From the IMG/VR virus record IMGVR_UViG_3300013110_000368: 57,695 nt of DNA, one strand, 5' to 3'. A model generated the notes under the pieces. The model was not told the DNA's origin. It was given only the letters and a program-made list of their open reading frames with translations, and searched no databases. Origin of the DNA: an uncultured virus (IMG/VR IMGVR_UViG_3300013110_000368). Its lineage: Duplodnaviria > Heunggongvirae > Uroviricota > Caudoviricetes > Kyanoviridae. The position numbers and the translations under genes are program-made. This document shows, in pieces, positions 8,319 to 17,427 of this stretch (position 1 is its first letter; every line of letters begins with the position of its first letter).

Positions 8319-9355
8319 TATCTTATCTTTCTCCACTCTAATAATTTTAAATTTGCACCCACACCTTTGTAGGTATTCTTATTTATGATTTTGACGATCT
8401 CACTTTGGTCAATTCCGTTCAAAATCATATCATTTATGTCCTTTTCTTTTATGGTATCTGGGAAAAAAGTTATGGTGTAATCCAGATCCATATATTTCTC
8501 CATTCTCTTAATGGTATCCCGATTCCTCGGTTCATTGTCCATCACCACCACAACCTTCTCTTTTGGAACTACGGTAGACAATGCGTTACAATCACCACCA
8601 CCCATAGCAATACAATTAGGTAGAAAAAGACTATCAAAAGGGCCTTCAACCACATAAATGCGTTGATTGAGGTTGATCTTATCCAATCCAAAAACTTTTG
8701 GTTGTTCTTCCAGAAATCCAAGGGTAACATATCTAATATTGTGCCTTTCTGGACTGACTGACCTACCTTGCACATGAGTTAGTTGCTTATCTCGATTGTA
8801 AAAAGGTATCAGTATCCGTCCTTCACCAGCAACGGTATCAACTAGGGTTGGGTACTTATTGGGTAAGGCATCATTTACATATTCTGCAAAATCATCACAC
8901 CAATAGAAATCTGAAACGTCTGGCAATTGCCGACCTAACAGATATTTCTTTCCATCATGTTCATCTGGTTGTCTGTCTATTGGAACTGCATGTTTGGAAT
9001 TGAGTTTATTGAACACTGGTGCATCATATGGGTACAATTCCTCATCGGTTGGTTTCTTGTAATTCGAGAAACCATTTTCACCCGATGTCCATCGTTCCAT
9101 CCTGTACTGCTTGTACAAGGTTGGATCTATCTCTTTGATTAAATTTCCGACTGAAGATCCGTATCCGCAATTGTGACATTTATAGAACATGTCATCCAAT
9201 TTTTTGTAGAAGTATCCCCTTGCTTTAGATTTGGATTTTTGCGAATCACCGCAGATCGGACATCTGCAATTAAAGGTGTAGTCACCTTTTTTAGAAAATT
9301 TATCGAGTTGCCCCGAAAGGTTGATAATGTAGTTTATGTCGATTCTTATACTCAT
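8318..9355 (-). CDS. gp61: DNA primase (T4 gp61-like)
   Basis: Zn finger RCPICGDS...YKCHNCG; TOPRIM VVEGPFDS; DNEPRN; KDINDM. Confidence 0.95.
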   Translation of the reverse strand: MSIRIDINYIINLSGQLDKFSKKGDYTFNCRCPICGDSQKSKSKARGYFYKKLDDMFYKCHNCGYGSSVGNLIKEIDPTLYKQYRMERWTSGENGFSNYKKPTDEELYPYDAPVFNKLNSKHAVPIDRQPDEHDGKKYLLGRQLPDVSDFYWCDDFAEYVNDALPNKYPTLVDTVAGEGRILIPFYNRDKQLTHVQGRSVSPERHNIRYVTLGFLEEQPKVFGLDKINLNQRIYVVEGPFDSLFLPNCIAMGGGDCNALSTVVPKEKVVVVMDNEPRNRDTIKRMEKYMDLDYTITFFPDTIKEKDINDMILNGIDQSEIVKIINKNTYKGVGANLKLLEWRKIR

Positions 9356-9360
9356 AACAT

Positions 9361-9398
9361 ATATTATACCACATTTTCAACCAAATGTCAAGCTAAAA
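9361..9398 (-). promoter_or_regulatory. Sigma70-type early promoter for primase
   Basis: TTTTAGCTTGACA-17nt-TATAAT with an extended -10 TG. Confidence 0.85.
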
Positions 9399-9401
9399 TG
9401 G

Positions 9402-9629
9402 TCACTTCATCAAGTTTATTATAGATAAAATGGCACTGATTATGGCAGGTACACCAGCACCGAAAGCAATTGCCTTCCATCCAACCCTCAATGAAGTTTC
9501 CATCCGTTCGACCCGTAATTCTAAATGATGTAGATGATTATCACGCATCGTTTTTACATCATCTTCGAGCCGATTTATGGCAACTGAAATTTGTTGGAGT
9601 TGATCTCGTATAAAGTCGTCGGTACTCAT
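9402..9629 (-). CDS. Coiled-coil protein with C-terminal TM helix (XhlA/holin-like architecture)
   Basis: Heptad N-terminus and hydrophobic C-terminus. Confidence 0.55.
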   Translation of the reverse strand: MSTDDFIRDQLQQISVAINRLEDDVKTMRDNHLHHLELRVERMETSLRVGWKAIAFGAGVPAIISAILSIINLMK

Positions 9630-10177
9630 AATTGTTGCCCCTGTCGGTAGTCACTAAAGGATGCAACAACCTTTTTCTTCTTTTTCTTTTTCTTATTTCT
9701 TCTAACTATTTTCTTCTGTGCTTTCTTAGAGATTTTCAGATCGTCATCTCCAGCACTTGCGTTATATCCCATACCATCAACAGGTGATGAACCACCACCA
9801 ACACCAGCAGCCGTCATCGTTTCCTGTAGGTCATCCCATACGAATTTTAAGAATGTGGTACGTTTGAGTTCGTCTAACTGCACTGGATCATAATCTTCTT
9901 TAAAAAACATGTAAGTTGCGGCCGCAAGACTGCCTAAACTTTTGCCTATAACTGGAACTTTCTGAATAAGTTTTTTCAGATTCCACACCATACGGTTGAA
10001 GAACCCATAGGCATCCTTTTCTTCTGTCGTTTTAAGATCTCGTTTTTTCTTGAGAATGTTCCCTTCGTCATCAATAATTCCCAATTTGTAGGCATCAGTC
10101 TGATTGAATGGTTGAATCAGTGCCTTAATGAACTTATAAGTGAGATAATAATCGGTTGCTCTGCTGAATATTCCCAT
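9626..10177 (-). CDS. Conserved T4-like phage hypothetical protein with poly-Lys tail
   Basis: YKFIK.L..PF..TDAYKLGIID..G motif typical of marine T4-like phages. Confidence 0.75.
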   Translation of the reverse strand: MGIFSRATDYYLTYKFIKALIQPFNQTDAYKLGIIDDEGNILKKKRDLKTTEEKDAYGFFNRMVWNLKKLIQKVPVIGKSLGSLAAATYMFFKEDYDPVQLDELKRTTFLKFVWDDLQETMTAAGVGGGSSPVDGMGYNASAGDDDLKISKKAQKKIVRRNKKKKKKKKVVASFSDYRQGQQL

Positions 10178-10187
10178 TGAAAAATCC

Positions 10188-10589
10188 TTAATCCAATACT
10201 ATTCTAACTTCTTTAACCACGTTTTGGTCTAATGGTATGTCAACTGTATTTAGGGTTTTGTACTTTTCTGAAACCCCCAAAATGGTTTCTGGCAAATGAC
10301 TCAACGCAATCAAACATGGTTTCAAAATGGGCCAATGTTCTTCATTGATTCGATGAAACAAAACTTTAGTTATTGCCTGATTGTCAAAAACGTTATATAA
10401 TAAAATAAGGTGATTGAAAATCAAATTGATTTTCAGTACATCACCTTTCTGATAACGGTTGAACAGACGTTTGAGATACTTAATGTGATTTAGATCATCG
10501 TTAAAATCGTCGATGCCAGTACAATGAGGATTCTCATAGTTCTTGGCACAATACAGCATAATGTTGTCATCATTAAGTATCTCAAACAT
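10188..10589 (-). CDS. Conserved T4-like phage hypothetical protein
   Basis: LN.DN..LY..KNY.NP.C...DF.DDL..IKY.KRLF motif. Confidence 0.8.
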   Translation of the reverse strand: MFEILNDDNIMLYCAKNYENPHCTGIDDFNDDLNHIKYLKRLFNRYQKGDVLKINLIFNHLILLYNVFDNQAITKVLFHRINEEHWPILKPCLIALSHLPETILGVSEKYKTLNTVDIPLDQNVVKEVRIVLD

Positions 10590-10611
10590 AGTTCATAATA
10601 TTCCTTTAGGT

Positions 10612-11097
10612 TTATGCGTCTGGTGTCACAATATCCTCATCACCAGCACCATCTGCCATTGAACCAGCAACTAAACATTCCCAAAATACCCTACCAGCAC
10701 GACCACCCGTACCGACTGTTCGTTTGTTCCAACCTGTATGTGGAATTGTACTTTTACCTTCACCCATACTGACTTCTATAACAGCATCACTATTTCCACC
10801 AGCATTACCATCTATGGTTGGGGCGGCACTATATCCAGCACCCCCTGCGGTAAGTGTAACAGTTTGAATTACACCACCTGATGCGGTAAAGGTTCCCGTT
10901 GCTGGTGTAGAATTAGAACCAGTAATAACTAAAGCACCAGAATTGGCATATCCCGTTCCACCATCTGATAGTGATATAGCAACTACATTATCTCCAGTAG
11001 TTGCCCCCACTTCCCCTGCTGTAATCCCGAAAACATCTGACCCGTTGTCAAATTTCGGTTTGTTTGCTGTCGTATCCGACGATCCCCATAAACTCAT
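10612..11097 (-). CDS. Virion structural protein (Gly-rich)
   Basis: MSLWG...KPK N-terminus; HTGW...GTGGRAGRV..E.LVA C-terminus; internal GGTGY/GAGY beta module. Confidence 0.7.
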   Translation of the reverse strand: MSLWGSSDTTANKPKFDNGSDVFGITAGEVGATTGDNVVAISLSDGGTGYANSGALVITGSNSTPATGTFTASGGVIQTVTLTAGGAGYSAAPTIDGNAGGNSDAVIEVSMGEGKSTIPHTGWNKRTVGTGGRAGRVFWECLVAGSMADGAGDEDIVTPDA

Positions 11098-11117
11098 GAC
11101 TTTTCTCCTTTGTTTGT

Positions 11118-11627
11118 TTATCTAATACCGTGTTTTGCCAAAAAGACTTTCCAATCATCTCCACCATTATTCATTCTATCCGTCGCAGATAGTTTCCAAT
11201 AATCATTGAATATCTGTTTGGCAATTTTAGGTGACATTTTTATTTCATCACTCATAAATTCCGCAAACTCATCTTCTGAATAATATTCCATTGAATTGCT
11301 CAATTGGTCAATCAGAAAATCGACATCAGAAAACAATTCATTGATTTCCTCTTTGGATTCCTCCATTTGAGTATTCTTAGATGATCTAGCTGCAATTCGT
11401 GCCACTGTTGCCCTGTACCCCTTGGTACGACAATCGGGCCCATCTTTCCTACGACCACCACCATCCATACGTTTTACCGCATTTTTATACTCTTTGGTAC
11501 GACCATCAACCTTTTCGGTTTTAGGTTCTTTTTTGGGTTCATCCAATGCAGTTCCAGACAAAATTTTCTCTATTGCTGGAACGACATTCTTAGTTCTAAA
11601 TTTGTTATCAACTCCCAAGTGACTCAT
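11118..11627 (-). CDS. Hypothetical protein with duplicated D(G/C)RTK.Y motif
   Basis: VDGRTKEYKNAVKRM and PDCRTKGYRATVARI. Confidence 0.65.
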   Translation of the reverse strand: MSHLGVDNKFRTKNVVPAIEKILSGTALDEPKKEPKTEKVDGRTKEYKNAVKRMDGGGRRKDGPDCRTKGYRATVARIAARSSKNTQMEESKEEINELFSDVDFLIDQLSNSMEYYSEDEFAEFMSDEIKMSPKIAKQIFNDYWKLSATDRMNNGGDDWKVFLAKHGIR

Positions 11628-12232
11628 ACTACCACTCCTGTTAGATATTTTGATAATATTTTGCTCAAACCCTTATTGCGTTTTTTCTTGGTGTCAAAAT
11701 CGTTTTCTATCACCAGATCCCAATCTTCCCAATCGTTTAGTGAATTCTCAATAATGTGTGCATTGGGTTGATGTTGTTCCCGTTCTACCCGAATCAAGAG
11801 TCCATTACATTCCCTGATTCGTTGTGCTTCATTAGGAAATCTCAAATCCTCTATGACCCAAAAGGAATCTTTATTATTACCCATGTGATTGAGAACCTTT
11901 TCATTATTGCATCCAAATAATGCATTAACCCAAATATCCTCATCACCATGATTCCTTGCACCCGTTCCAATGATCTGTAATATTTCACGATAATTAGACA
12001 TCTTATAACCACTCTGAGTTTGTCTGGTATTTATATAAATCGGAACCTTATCTTGCTTATCACGTTTGATGGTTTCAATATCATTATCATACATCTCCGA
12101 AATTATTTCATACAACGGTTGGGCAAAACTCTTGACGACCCCCGTTTTTCCATTTTCCTCTAAAATTTTGATGATTGTTTTTGCCACCCTTGACTTGCCA
12201 GATCTTATTTTGCCACTTATACCTATAACCAT
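11624..12232 (-). CDS. Deoxynucleoside monophosphate kinase (T4 gp1-like)
   Basis: P-loop GKIRSGKS; SFAQPL; REILQIIGT; DLRFPNE. Confidence 0.88.
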   Translation of the reverse strand: MVIGISGKIRSGKSRVAKTIIKILEENGKTGVVKSFAQPLYEIISEMYDNDIETIKRDKQDKVPIYINTRQTQSGYKMSNYREILQIIGTGARNHGDEDIWVNALFGCNNEKVLNHMGNNKDSFWVIEDLRFPNEAQRIRECNGLLIRVEREQHQPNAHIIENSLNDWEDWDLVIENDFDTKKKRNKGLSKILSKYLTGVVV

Positions 12233-12291
12233 TTTTCACCCTCAACTGTTTTAAAACATACCTACGTTTCAAATTGCTGTGCATCAACGCA

Positions 12292-13134
12292 CTACATCTT
12301 TCTGAAATGACTAAATTTCATATGTTCCTCTTTTTTCACCTTCTTCTTATAACCTTTCAAGCGACTCTTTTCACGACGACCTCTATTCTTAGACTGATCT
12401 TCAAAACCAACAATTTTACCTTTCTTGTGGGATGCATCCTTCCCATCACCATTACCATACGTACCCTTTTCTCTATTGTATTTATTCAACTCTGCCCTGT
12501 ATTTTATCCTCTCAGGTGATGATTGAAATTTTGCATATTCATCTTTATAATCTCTCTCAGATGCTTCTACGACCATATGCTTTCTGAGTTCTTCAAACAT
12601 CTTTTTTTTCATCTTGTCTGGCATCACTTTTGGTATACCTGTCTTGAATGACTCAAAATCACCTTCTGCGGCTGCTTTTCGCATTTTAGATGCTGACATG
12701 CCCTCTACACCAGTTGCATCTGGATCACGTTCACCAGCACTGACCACCTTAACCCCATTCGCAAATTCGTAATAACCATGTGTCGATTTAACTCCATTAT
12801 ACTTATTTATTAGTTTGTTGAAATCCGAAACTCTATCACCACCTACCACCATTGTAACATCTGTGTACCCTGCATCATAAAGTTTGGTTACAACATGGAT
12901 TGCCGTTTTACATTTGGGGTCAGATATGACCTTATCTGCATATTTCCGAAATGCCAGTTTCATATACTTAACTTTAACTTCATGTGGCATTGGATCTTTA
13001 TCTGGGCTCTGTGTCCAACTCGGATATATGAGAAAATCTGCACCACTACCAGCAACACTTTCTACCTTTTTGATAAGTTTTTCGTGTCCGATAGTTGGTG
13101 GATTGAAACGACCAAATGTAAAAACGACTTTCAT
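12292..13134 (-). CDS. Cytidyltransferase-family (HIGH) nucleotidyltransferase with C-terminal HNH-like extension
   Basis: FTFGRFNPPTIGH; VVGGDR; SAGERDPD; MSASKMR; C-terminal RDYKDEY...GDGKDASH...SKNR. Confidence 0.85.
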   Translation of the reverse strand: MKVVFTFGRFNPPTIGHEKLIKKVESVAGSGADFLIYPSWTQSPDKDPMPHEVKVKYMKLAFRKYADKVISDPKCKTAIHVVTKLYDAGYTDVTMVVGGDRVSDFNKLINKYNGVKSTHGYYEFANGVKVVSAGERDPDATGVEGMSASKMRKAAAEGDFESFKTGIPKVMPDKMKKKMFEELRKHMVVEASERDYKDEYAKFQSSPERIKYRAELNKYNREKGTYGNGDGKDASHKKGKIVGFEDQSKNRGRREKSRLKGYKKKVKKEEHMKFSHFRKM

Positions 13135-13135
13135 A

Positions 13136-13345
13136 TTACTTTCCTTGTAGGATTTTACACAATTTTGCTACGTCTGGTTTTCTCAATGCAACTGCAATTT
13201 GTTCAGCAAGTTTCTCCACACCGATATTCTTGAAAGTGGTACGCATCTTACCAAAAAATTCTGCATCACCTTCTTCACGTAATGAAGTTGGAACTTCATT
13301 GTTTTGCTTACCTATTTCAGTCAGTACTTTTACATATTTTTCCAT
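13136..13345 (-). CDS. Hypothetical protein
   Basis: Start re-called to MEKYV after a GGGAGA Shine-Dalgarno. Confidence 0.6.
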   Translation of the reverse strand: MEKYVKVLTEIGKQNNEVPTSLREEGDAEFFGKMRTTFKNIGVEKLAEQIAVALRKPDVAKLCKILQGK

Positions 13346-13358
13346 CTCATTCTCCCTT

Positions 13359-13565
13359 TTATTTTCCCAAACAACTGTTATTCTTACAGCAGACATATTC
13401 ACCATATATACCACTGTCTGCCTTACAACAGGCACAACACTTAAATGCCCGTTCTGATTCTTCTGGTTTCTCTTGGATACCTACCAATAGCATACAAAAC
13501 AAAAAAACATAAACGATAACCCACCATCCACTAACCTGTTTACCCCAAAAGGTGAAATTTATCAT
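13359..13565 (-). CDS. Small TM protein with Cys-rich C-terminus
   Basis: One TM helix, then CCACC...CC...C. Confidence 0.55.
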   Translation of the reverse strand: MINFTFWGKQVSGWWVIVYVFLFCMLLVGIQEKPEESERAFKCCACCKADSGIYGEYVCCKNNSCLGK

Positions 13566-13774
13566 TCTTCTTCTCTACATTCTAATTGTTTTTTCAGACT
13601 GCTAATTTCTTCCAATTGCTTTTTGATTTTGTTTTCTAACTCTATCTCTTTGCGTTGTCGAAATGCTATTTCCTGTTCAAAAGTGACTGCCTGTTCTTTG
13701 ACCAACCTACTCTCTTGATAATCACAACCACCAATAACAAAAAGAATAACGAAAATCCACTTATAATTTAACAT
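13562..13774 (-). CDS. Putative lipoprotein with coiled coil
   Basis: MLNYKWIFVILFVIGG-C signal/lipobox-like sequence, then heptads. Confidence 0.55.
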   Translation of the reverse strand: MLNYKWIFVILFVIGGCDYQESRLVKEQAVTFEQEIAFRQRKEIELENKIKKQLEEISSLKKQLECREEE

Positions 13775-13857
13775 CCTATCATTCCAAATATACATTCACA
13801 GAAAAGGATAATAATCAAAACCCTGTACATAAGTTCCCCACTGCTCAGTCCAAACAC
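13768..13857 (-). CDS. Small hydrophobic peptide (about 20-29 aa)
   Basis: (V)FGLSSGELMYRVLIIILFCECIFGMIGC; fills the gap between genes. Confidence 0.35.
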   Translation of the reverse strand: MFGLSSGELMYRVLIIILFCECIFGMIGC

Positions 13858-13858
13858 G

Positions 13859-14905
13859 TCAAACTTCCATATCTTGGAAAATCCATCCAAGTTCCTCATC
13901 CCATCCAGCATCATCTAAGAGTTGAGTCTTGATACCCTTCTTCTCCGTCATCTCTGCCAAATTTTCGGCATCTTCCAATGAATGATATTCAGACTCTTTC
14001 CTTATCAACACCTGTTTGATCTTGATCTTGTTGAGTAGAATTTCATTCCATACAGTCCAACCATCATCACCAGAAATCACACCTTTCAGCAAATCAACAT
14101 GTTTGCCCATAAACGTTTCCATTAGATCAAAAGTTTTTCCGACCATCGTTCCAACAAATTTTCTGATATATTTAAGCAGAACCTTATCATTTTTAGTTTT
14201 GCCTGTACGAGATTTAGTGATATATGATGTAGAATGTCCTGATCCCAACCAATGCATCCATCTCATTGCTTCACGATCTGTACTATCGTCTGGTGCTGTA
14301 GGTATTTCTATTTCATTTTCTTCCATTTTATCTGATTCAGGCCAACGTATCATCATTAAACCACTGTAGAAACTACCAACCTCTTTTTTAATGAGACTAG
14401 CCTTTCTTTTGAATAGTTCAGACATCATGCTTTCTAATGCCCGAATATAATCACCCACATTAGTCATACCCCCCAACACACCAGCAGTATCTACCCATCT
14501 CCGACCCTGATCATCTGGTGCAGACATCAAATCCTGACTACCAGCAACGACCACATCTCCACTCATTTCTATCATCACACCACCTCTGGTCTGGATTCCA
14601 CCAAGACCATCAGACCCAAAATGCTCTAGTGCCATCTCTGCATTTGTAACCTGTGTCATGGTAGAGAGTGCTTTTGCCGATCCTTGCATTTTCAATACAT
14701 GGACTGCACCTTTAGGATCAGTGATATGATATGCCCATTGCTCCGTTTGGGTTTCGCCCGTTATACCCATTCTCCGTAGCATCAATTTGGACATCGGTAG
14801 ATACCCCATCTTTTGGTCATTTGGTTGCCAAAGCAAATCATAGATAGTTTTTTGCCATGCCACACCTTCGATCTTCTCTGATAGAAATTCCTTGAATCTT
14901 AGCAT
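13859..14905 (-). CDS. Putative internal virion protein; paralog of 1..1526; possible ART-like fold
   Basis: MLRFKEFLSE N-terminus; YHIT, LSTMT, QGRRW and WNEI motifs. Confidence 0.75.
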   Translation of the reverse strand: MLRFKEFLSEKIEGVAWQKTIYDLLWQPNDQKMGYLPMSKLMLRRMGITGETQTEQWAYHITDPKGAVHVLKMQGSAKALSTMTQVTNAEMALEHFGSDGLGGIQTRGGVMIEMSGDVVVAGSQDLMSAPDDQGRRWVDTAGVLGGMTNVGDYIRALESMMSELFKRKASLIKKEVGSFYSGLMMIRWPESDKMEENEIEIPTAPDDSTDREAMRWMHWLGSGHSTSYITKSRTGKTKNDKVLLKYIRKFVGTMVGKTFDLMETFMGKHVDLLKGVISGDDGWTVWNEILLNKIKIKQVLIRKESEYHSLEDAENLAEMTEKKGIKTQLLDDAGWDEELGWIFQDMEV

Positions 14906-16164
14906 TACATCTCTCTTTGATCTATTAGAATTGGTATACCCTCATAACCAGAAACCCCATGCTCAGATACATCTAACCCCTCAACTTCTTCACGTTCATC
15001 AACTCTGATTCCGATGGTATGCTTGATTAGCAGAAAAAGTGGAAAACTGATACCGAATGCCCACGCAAACCCTGCACCAACACCGATTGCCTGTACACCC
15101 AACTGAGTCCACCCTGCACTTGAACTAAACAATCCGATTGCCAACGTACCCCATGCACCACAAACACCATGCACTGAAATTGCACCAACTGGATCGTCAA
15201 TTTTTAACTTATCGAATAACCTAACTGCACCAACTACGATACAACCACCTACCAATCCCGTTAGAATTGCCATACTTGGTGACATAATATCACAACCAGC
15301 AGTGATTGATACCAACCCTGCTAATGCACCATTTAGTGCCAACGATGGATCTGGTTTTCGGAATAGGAACCAACTCAACAGACCAGCACCAATTGCCCCT
15401 GCACATGCAGACAAATTAGTGACCACAGCAATAAATGCCAAATCACCACCAACTGCGGTAGTACTGCCAGCATTGAATCCAAACCAACCCAACCACAATA
15501 CAAACACACCCAATGCTCCCATCGGTATATTATGTGCTGATATTAATCCCATTTTACCATCTTCCAAATATTTTCCCGTTCTTGCACCAACTACTATTGC
15601 CCCTGCTAATGCGGCCCATCCACCAATAGAGTGGACTACGGTAGAACCAGCAAAATCCAAGAACCCGATTTTTTCCAACCATCCCTCACCAGCATATAAA
15701 CTGCCCCATGCCCATGACCCAAATATTGGATATACCAGACCACAGATAATCAATGAAAACAGCAAATATGACGTGAACTTGGTTCTTTCGGCAACCGCAC
15801 CACTAACTATAGTTGCAGCGGTAGCACAAAATACAGTCTGGAATAGCAAAAAGGCCCAATTGAATCCAACTGAATTACCCGTTCCTTTTGCCAACTCCGA
15901 TGATCCATCAAAAAAGAAAAAATTCGTACCAACTAACCCATTCGATACACCAAACATCAACCCAAATCCAACCATCCAGAACACTATTGAACCAATCGAA
16001 ACATCCATCAAATTTTTCATGATAATGTTACAGACGTTTTTTGCCCGTGTGAACCCTGCTTCGACCATTGCGAACCCTGCTTGCATAAAAAATACCAAGA
16101 AGGCCGCAAGACATGTCCATAAGATATTTGAATCATCCCTAAGAATTTCTAAAGTGTCTACCAT
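14905..16164 (-). CDS. amtB: Ammonium transporter (Amt/Mep family)
   Basis: FMQAGFAMVEAG; FQTVF; DFAGSTVVH; GWFGFNAGS; DDPVGAISVH (twin His); E.EGLD..EHG tail. Confidence 0.96.
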   Translation of the reverse strand: MVDTLEILRDDSNILWTCLAAFLVFFMQAGFAMVEAGFTRAKNVCNIIMKNLMDVSIGSIVFWMVGFGLMFGVSNGLVGTNFFFFDGSSELAKGTGNSVGFNWAFLLFQTVFCATAATIVSGAVAERTKFTSYLLFSLIICGLVYPIFGSWAWGSLYAGEGWLEKIGFLDFAGSTVVHSIGGWAALAGAIVVGARTGKYLEDGKMGLISAHNIPMGALGVFVLWLGWFGFNAGSTTAVGGDLAFIAVVTNLSACAGAIGAGLLSWFLFRKPDPSLALNGALAGLVSITAGCDIMSPSMAILTGLVGGCIVVGAVRLFDKLKIDDPVGAISVHGVCGAWGTLAIGLFSSSAGWTQLGVQAIGVGAGFAWAFGISFPLFLLIKHTIGIRVDEREEVEGLDVSEHGVSGYEGIPILIDQREM

Positions 16165-16173
16165 ATAAATCTC

Positions 16174-17427
16174 CTACTTATCCCAATTTTTAATACCATT
16201 GAAGTTATTGTATGAAAATTCTAACCGATCTACCAATTTGACTGCATTGCCTTTGATAGTGTCGATTGCCACGTACCCTTCGTCATTGACTACCTTGTAT
16301 CCAGAATCTGTACGGACAAAGGTATTCGGAAATCTCTTTACACCCATATTTAGTTTGTCGATAATTATCTGTTTAGCAATGGAAATATTGATATACATTT
16401 CCATCACTGCTTCTAACGTTTTACGGTTTTGTTGGATGTTTTTGATGATTTCTTCTTTTGCTTGGAGTTTTTTGACTTTCCCTGCGTCTGATTTGATTTT
16501 TGTAAGGATTTTAGTTTCAAAATAGTCGTTAAGATAGCGGATGTATTGATTGGCATGGTAGTTGGTTTCCGTGACTGATTTTCCTTGTCTGACTAGAGAG
16601 TTTAGATAGGTTTTGAACGATGCCCCCGTCAATGATGATGGTAGACTAGATTGATTGTCCAAAATACTTTTGAGTTGTGATGTGTTGACACGTCTGAATG
16701 ATTTTCCAGCAATAGACAGGAAACCAGTTAAAACACTGGTTTCCTGTTTTGTCATAGTGACTGATCCAGATTTATCTTCATATTCGGCACTTGAGTACCA
16801 AACAGAATCTGTGTTGTCTAAACCACTCACGTCTGCACCAAAACTAGCACCCATTTCTTCTAATGAAGTGCCAGTATAAGTTGTATGGAAAACGATACCA
16901 ATTTTTGCTTTTTGTATTTTTTGTGCTAGAGCAGACCTTGCTGGTACTGCATAGACAATAGTATTTGGTTGAAAAGTTATATATTGTATTCCATCAACTT
17001 CTGTACTTTCTAGGTCATTCTGTGTAAACATCATGTCACCTTGAAGCACACCCTTTATATTCAACTTCTGTAGTTCGTTGAATGCAATCACTAACTTGCT
17101 TGCTAATTGTCCTTTGTATCCATATAATGCGACATCACTTGGATGTTTGACCAACTTTGGATTCTTGTTGAACACACCCTTTGTACCTACGAAAAACTTG
17201 CCATCCGATGGATCTGTACCCACAAACACAGCAGGGGCCCCATCGAATTTGACTGTAATATCTAATTTAGACTGTGCATTACCCGATAGCATCTCTCGAA
17301 CTGACTGCAAGAAAGTTATAGATTCTCTTGCACCATTCACACCATTATTGAACACTTCGTCCTCGATGTGTTCCATGTGTAGGTTTTTGACTACTGCTTC
17401 GGTTATGAACTGCCTAAAGGATTTCAC
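16174..17427 (-). CDS. Conserved T4-like protein with RNA-ligase-like nucleotidyltransferase motifs
   Basis: HMEHIED; TVKFDGAPA (KxDG); QGDMMF; EGYV; VKLVDRLEFS; N-terminus MKSFRQFITE. Confidence 0.8.
   Translation of the reverse strand: MKSFRQFITEAVVKNLHMEHIEDEVFNNGVNGARESITFLQSVREMLSGNAQSKLDITVKFDGAPAVFVGTDPSDGKFFVGTKGVFNKNPKLVKHPSDVALYGYKGQLASKLVIAFNELQKLNIKGVLQGDMMFTQNDLESTEVDGIQYITFQPNTIVYAVPARSALAQKIQKAKIGIVFHTTYTGTSLEEMGASFGADVSGLDNTDSVWYSSAEYEDKSGSVTMTKQETSVLTGFLSIAGKSFRRVNTSQLKSILDNQSSLPSSLTGASFKTYLNSLVRQGKSVTETNYHANQYIRYLNDYFETKILTKIKSDAGKVKKLQAKEEIIKNIQQNRKTLEAVMEMYINISIAKQIIIDKLNMGVKRFPNTFVRTDSGYKVVNDEGYVAIDTIKGNAVKLVDRLEFSYNNFNGIKNWDK

Noticed and set aside
15302..16168. 288-aa plus-strand ORF
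   Set aside because: Antisense shadow of amtB; Pro/Asn/Thr-rich with no motifs.
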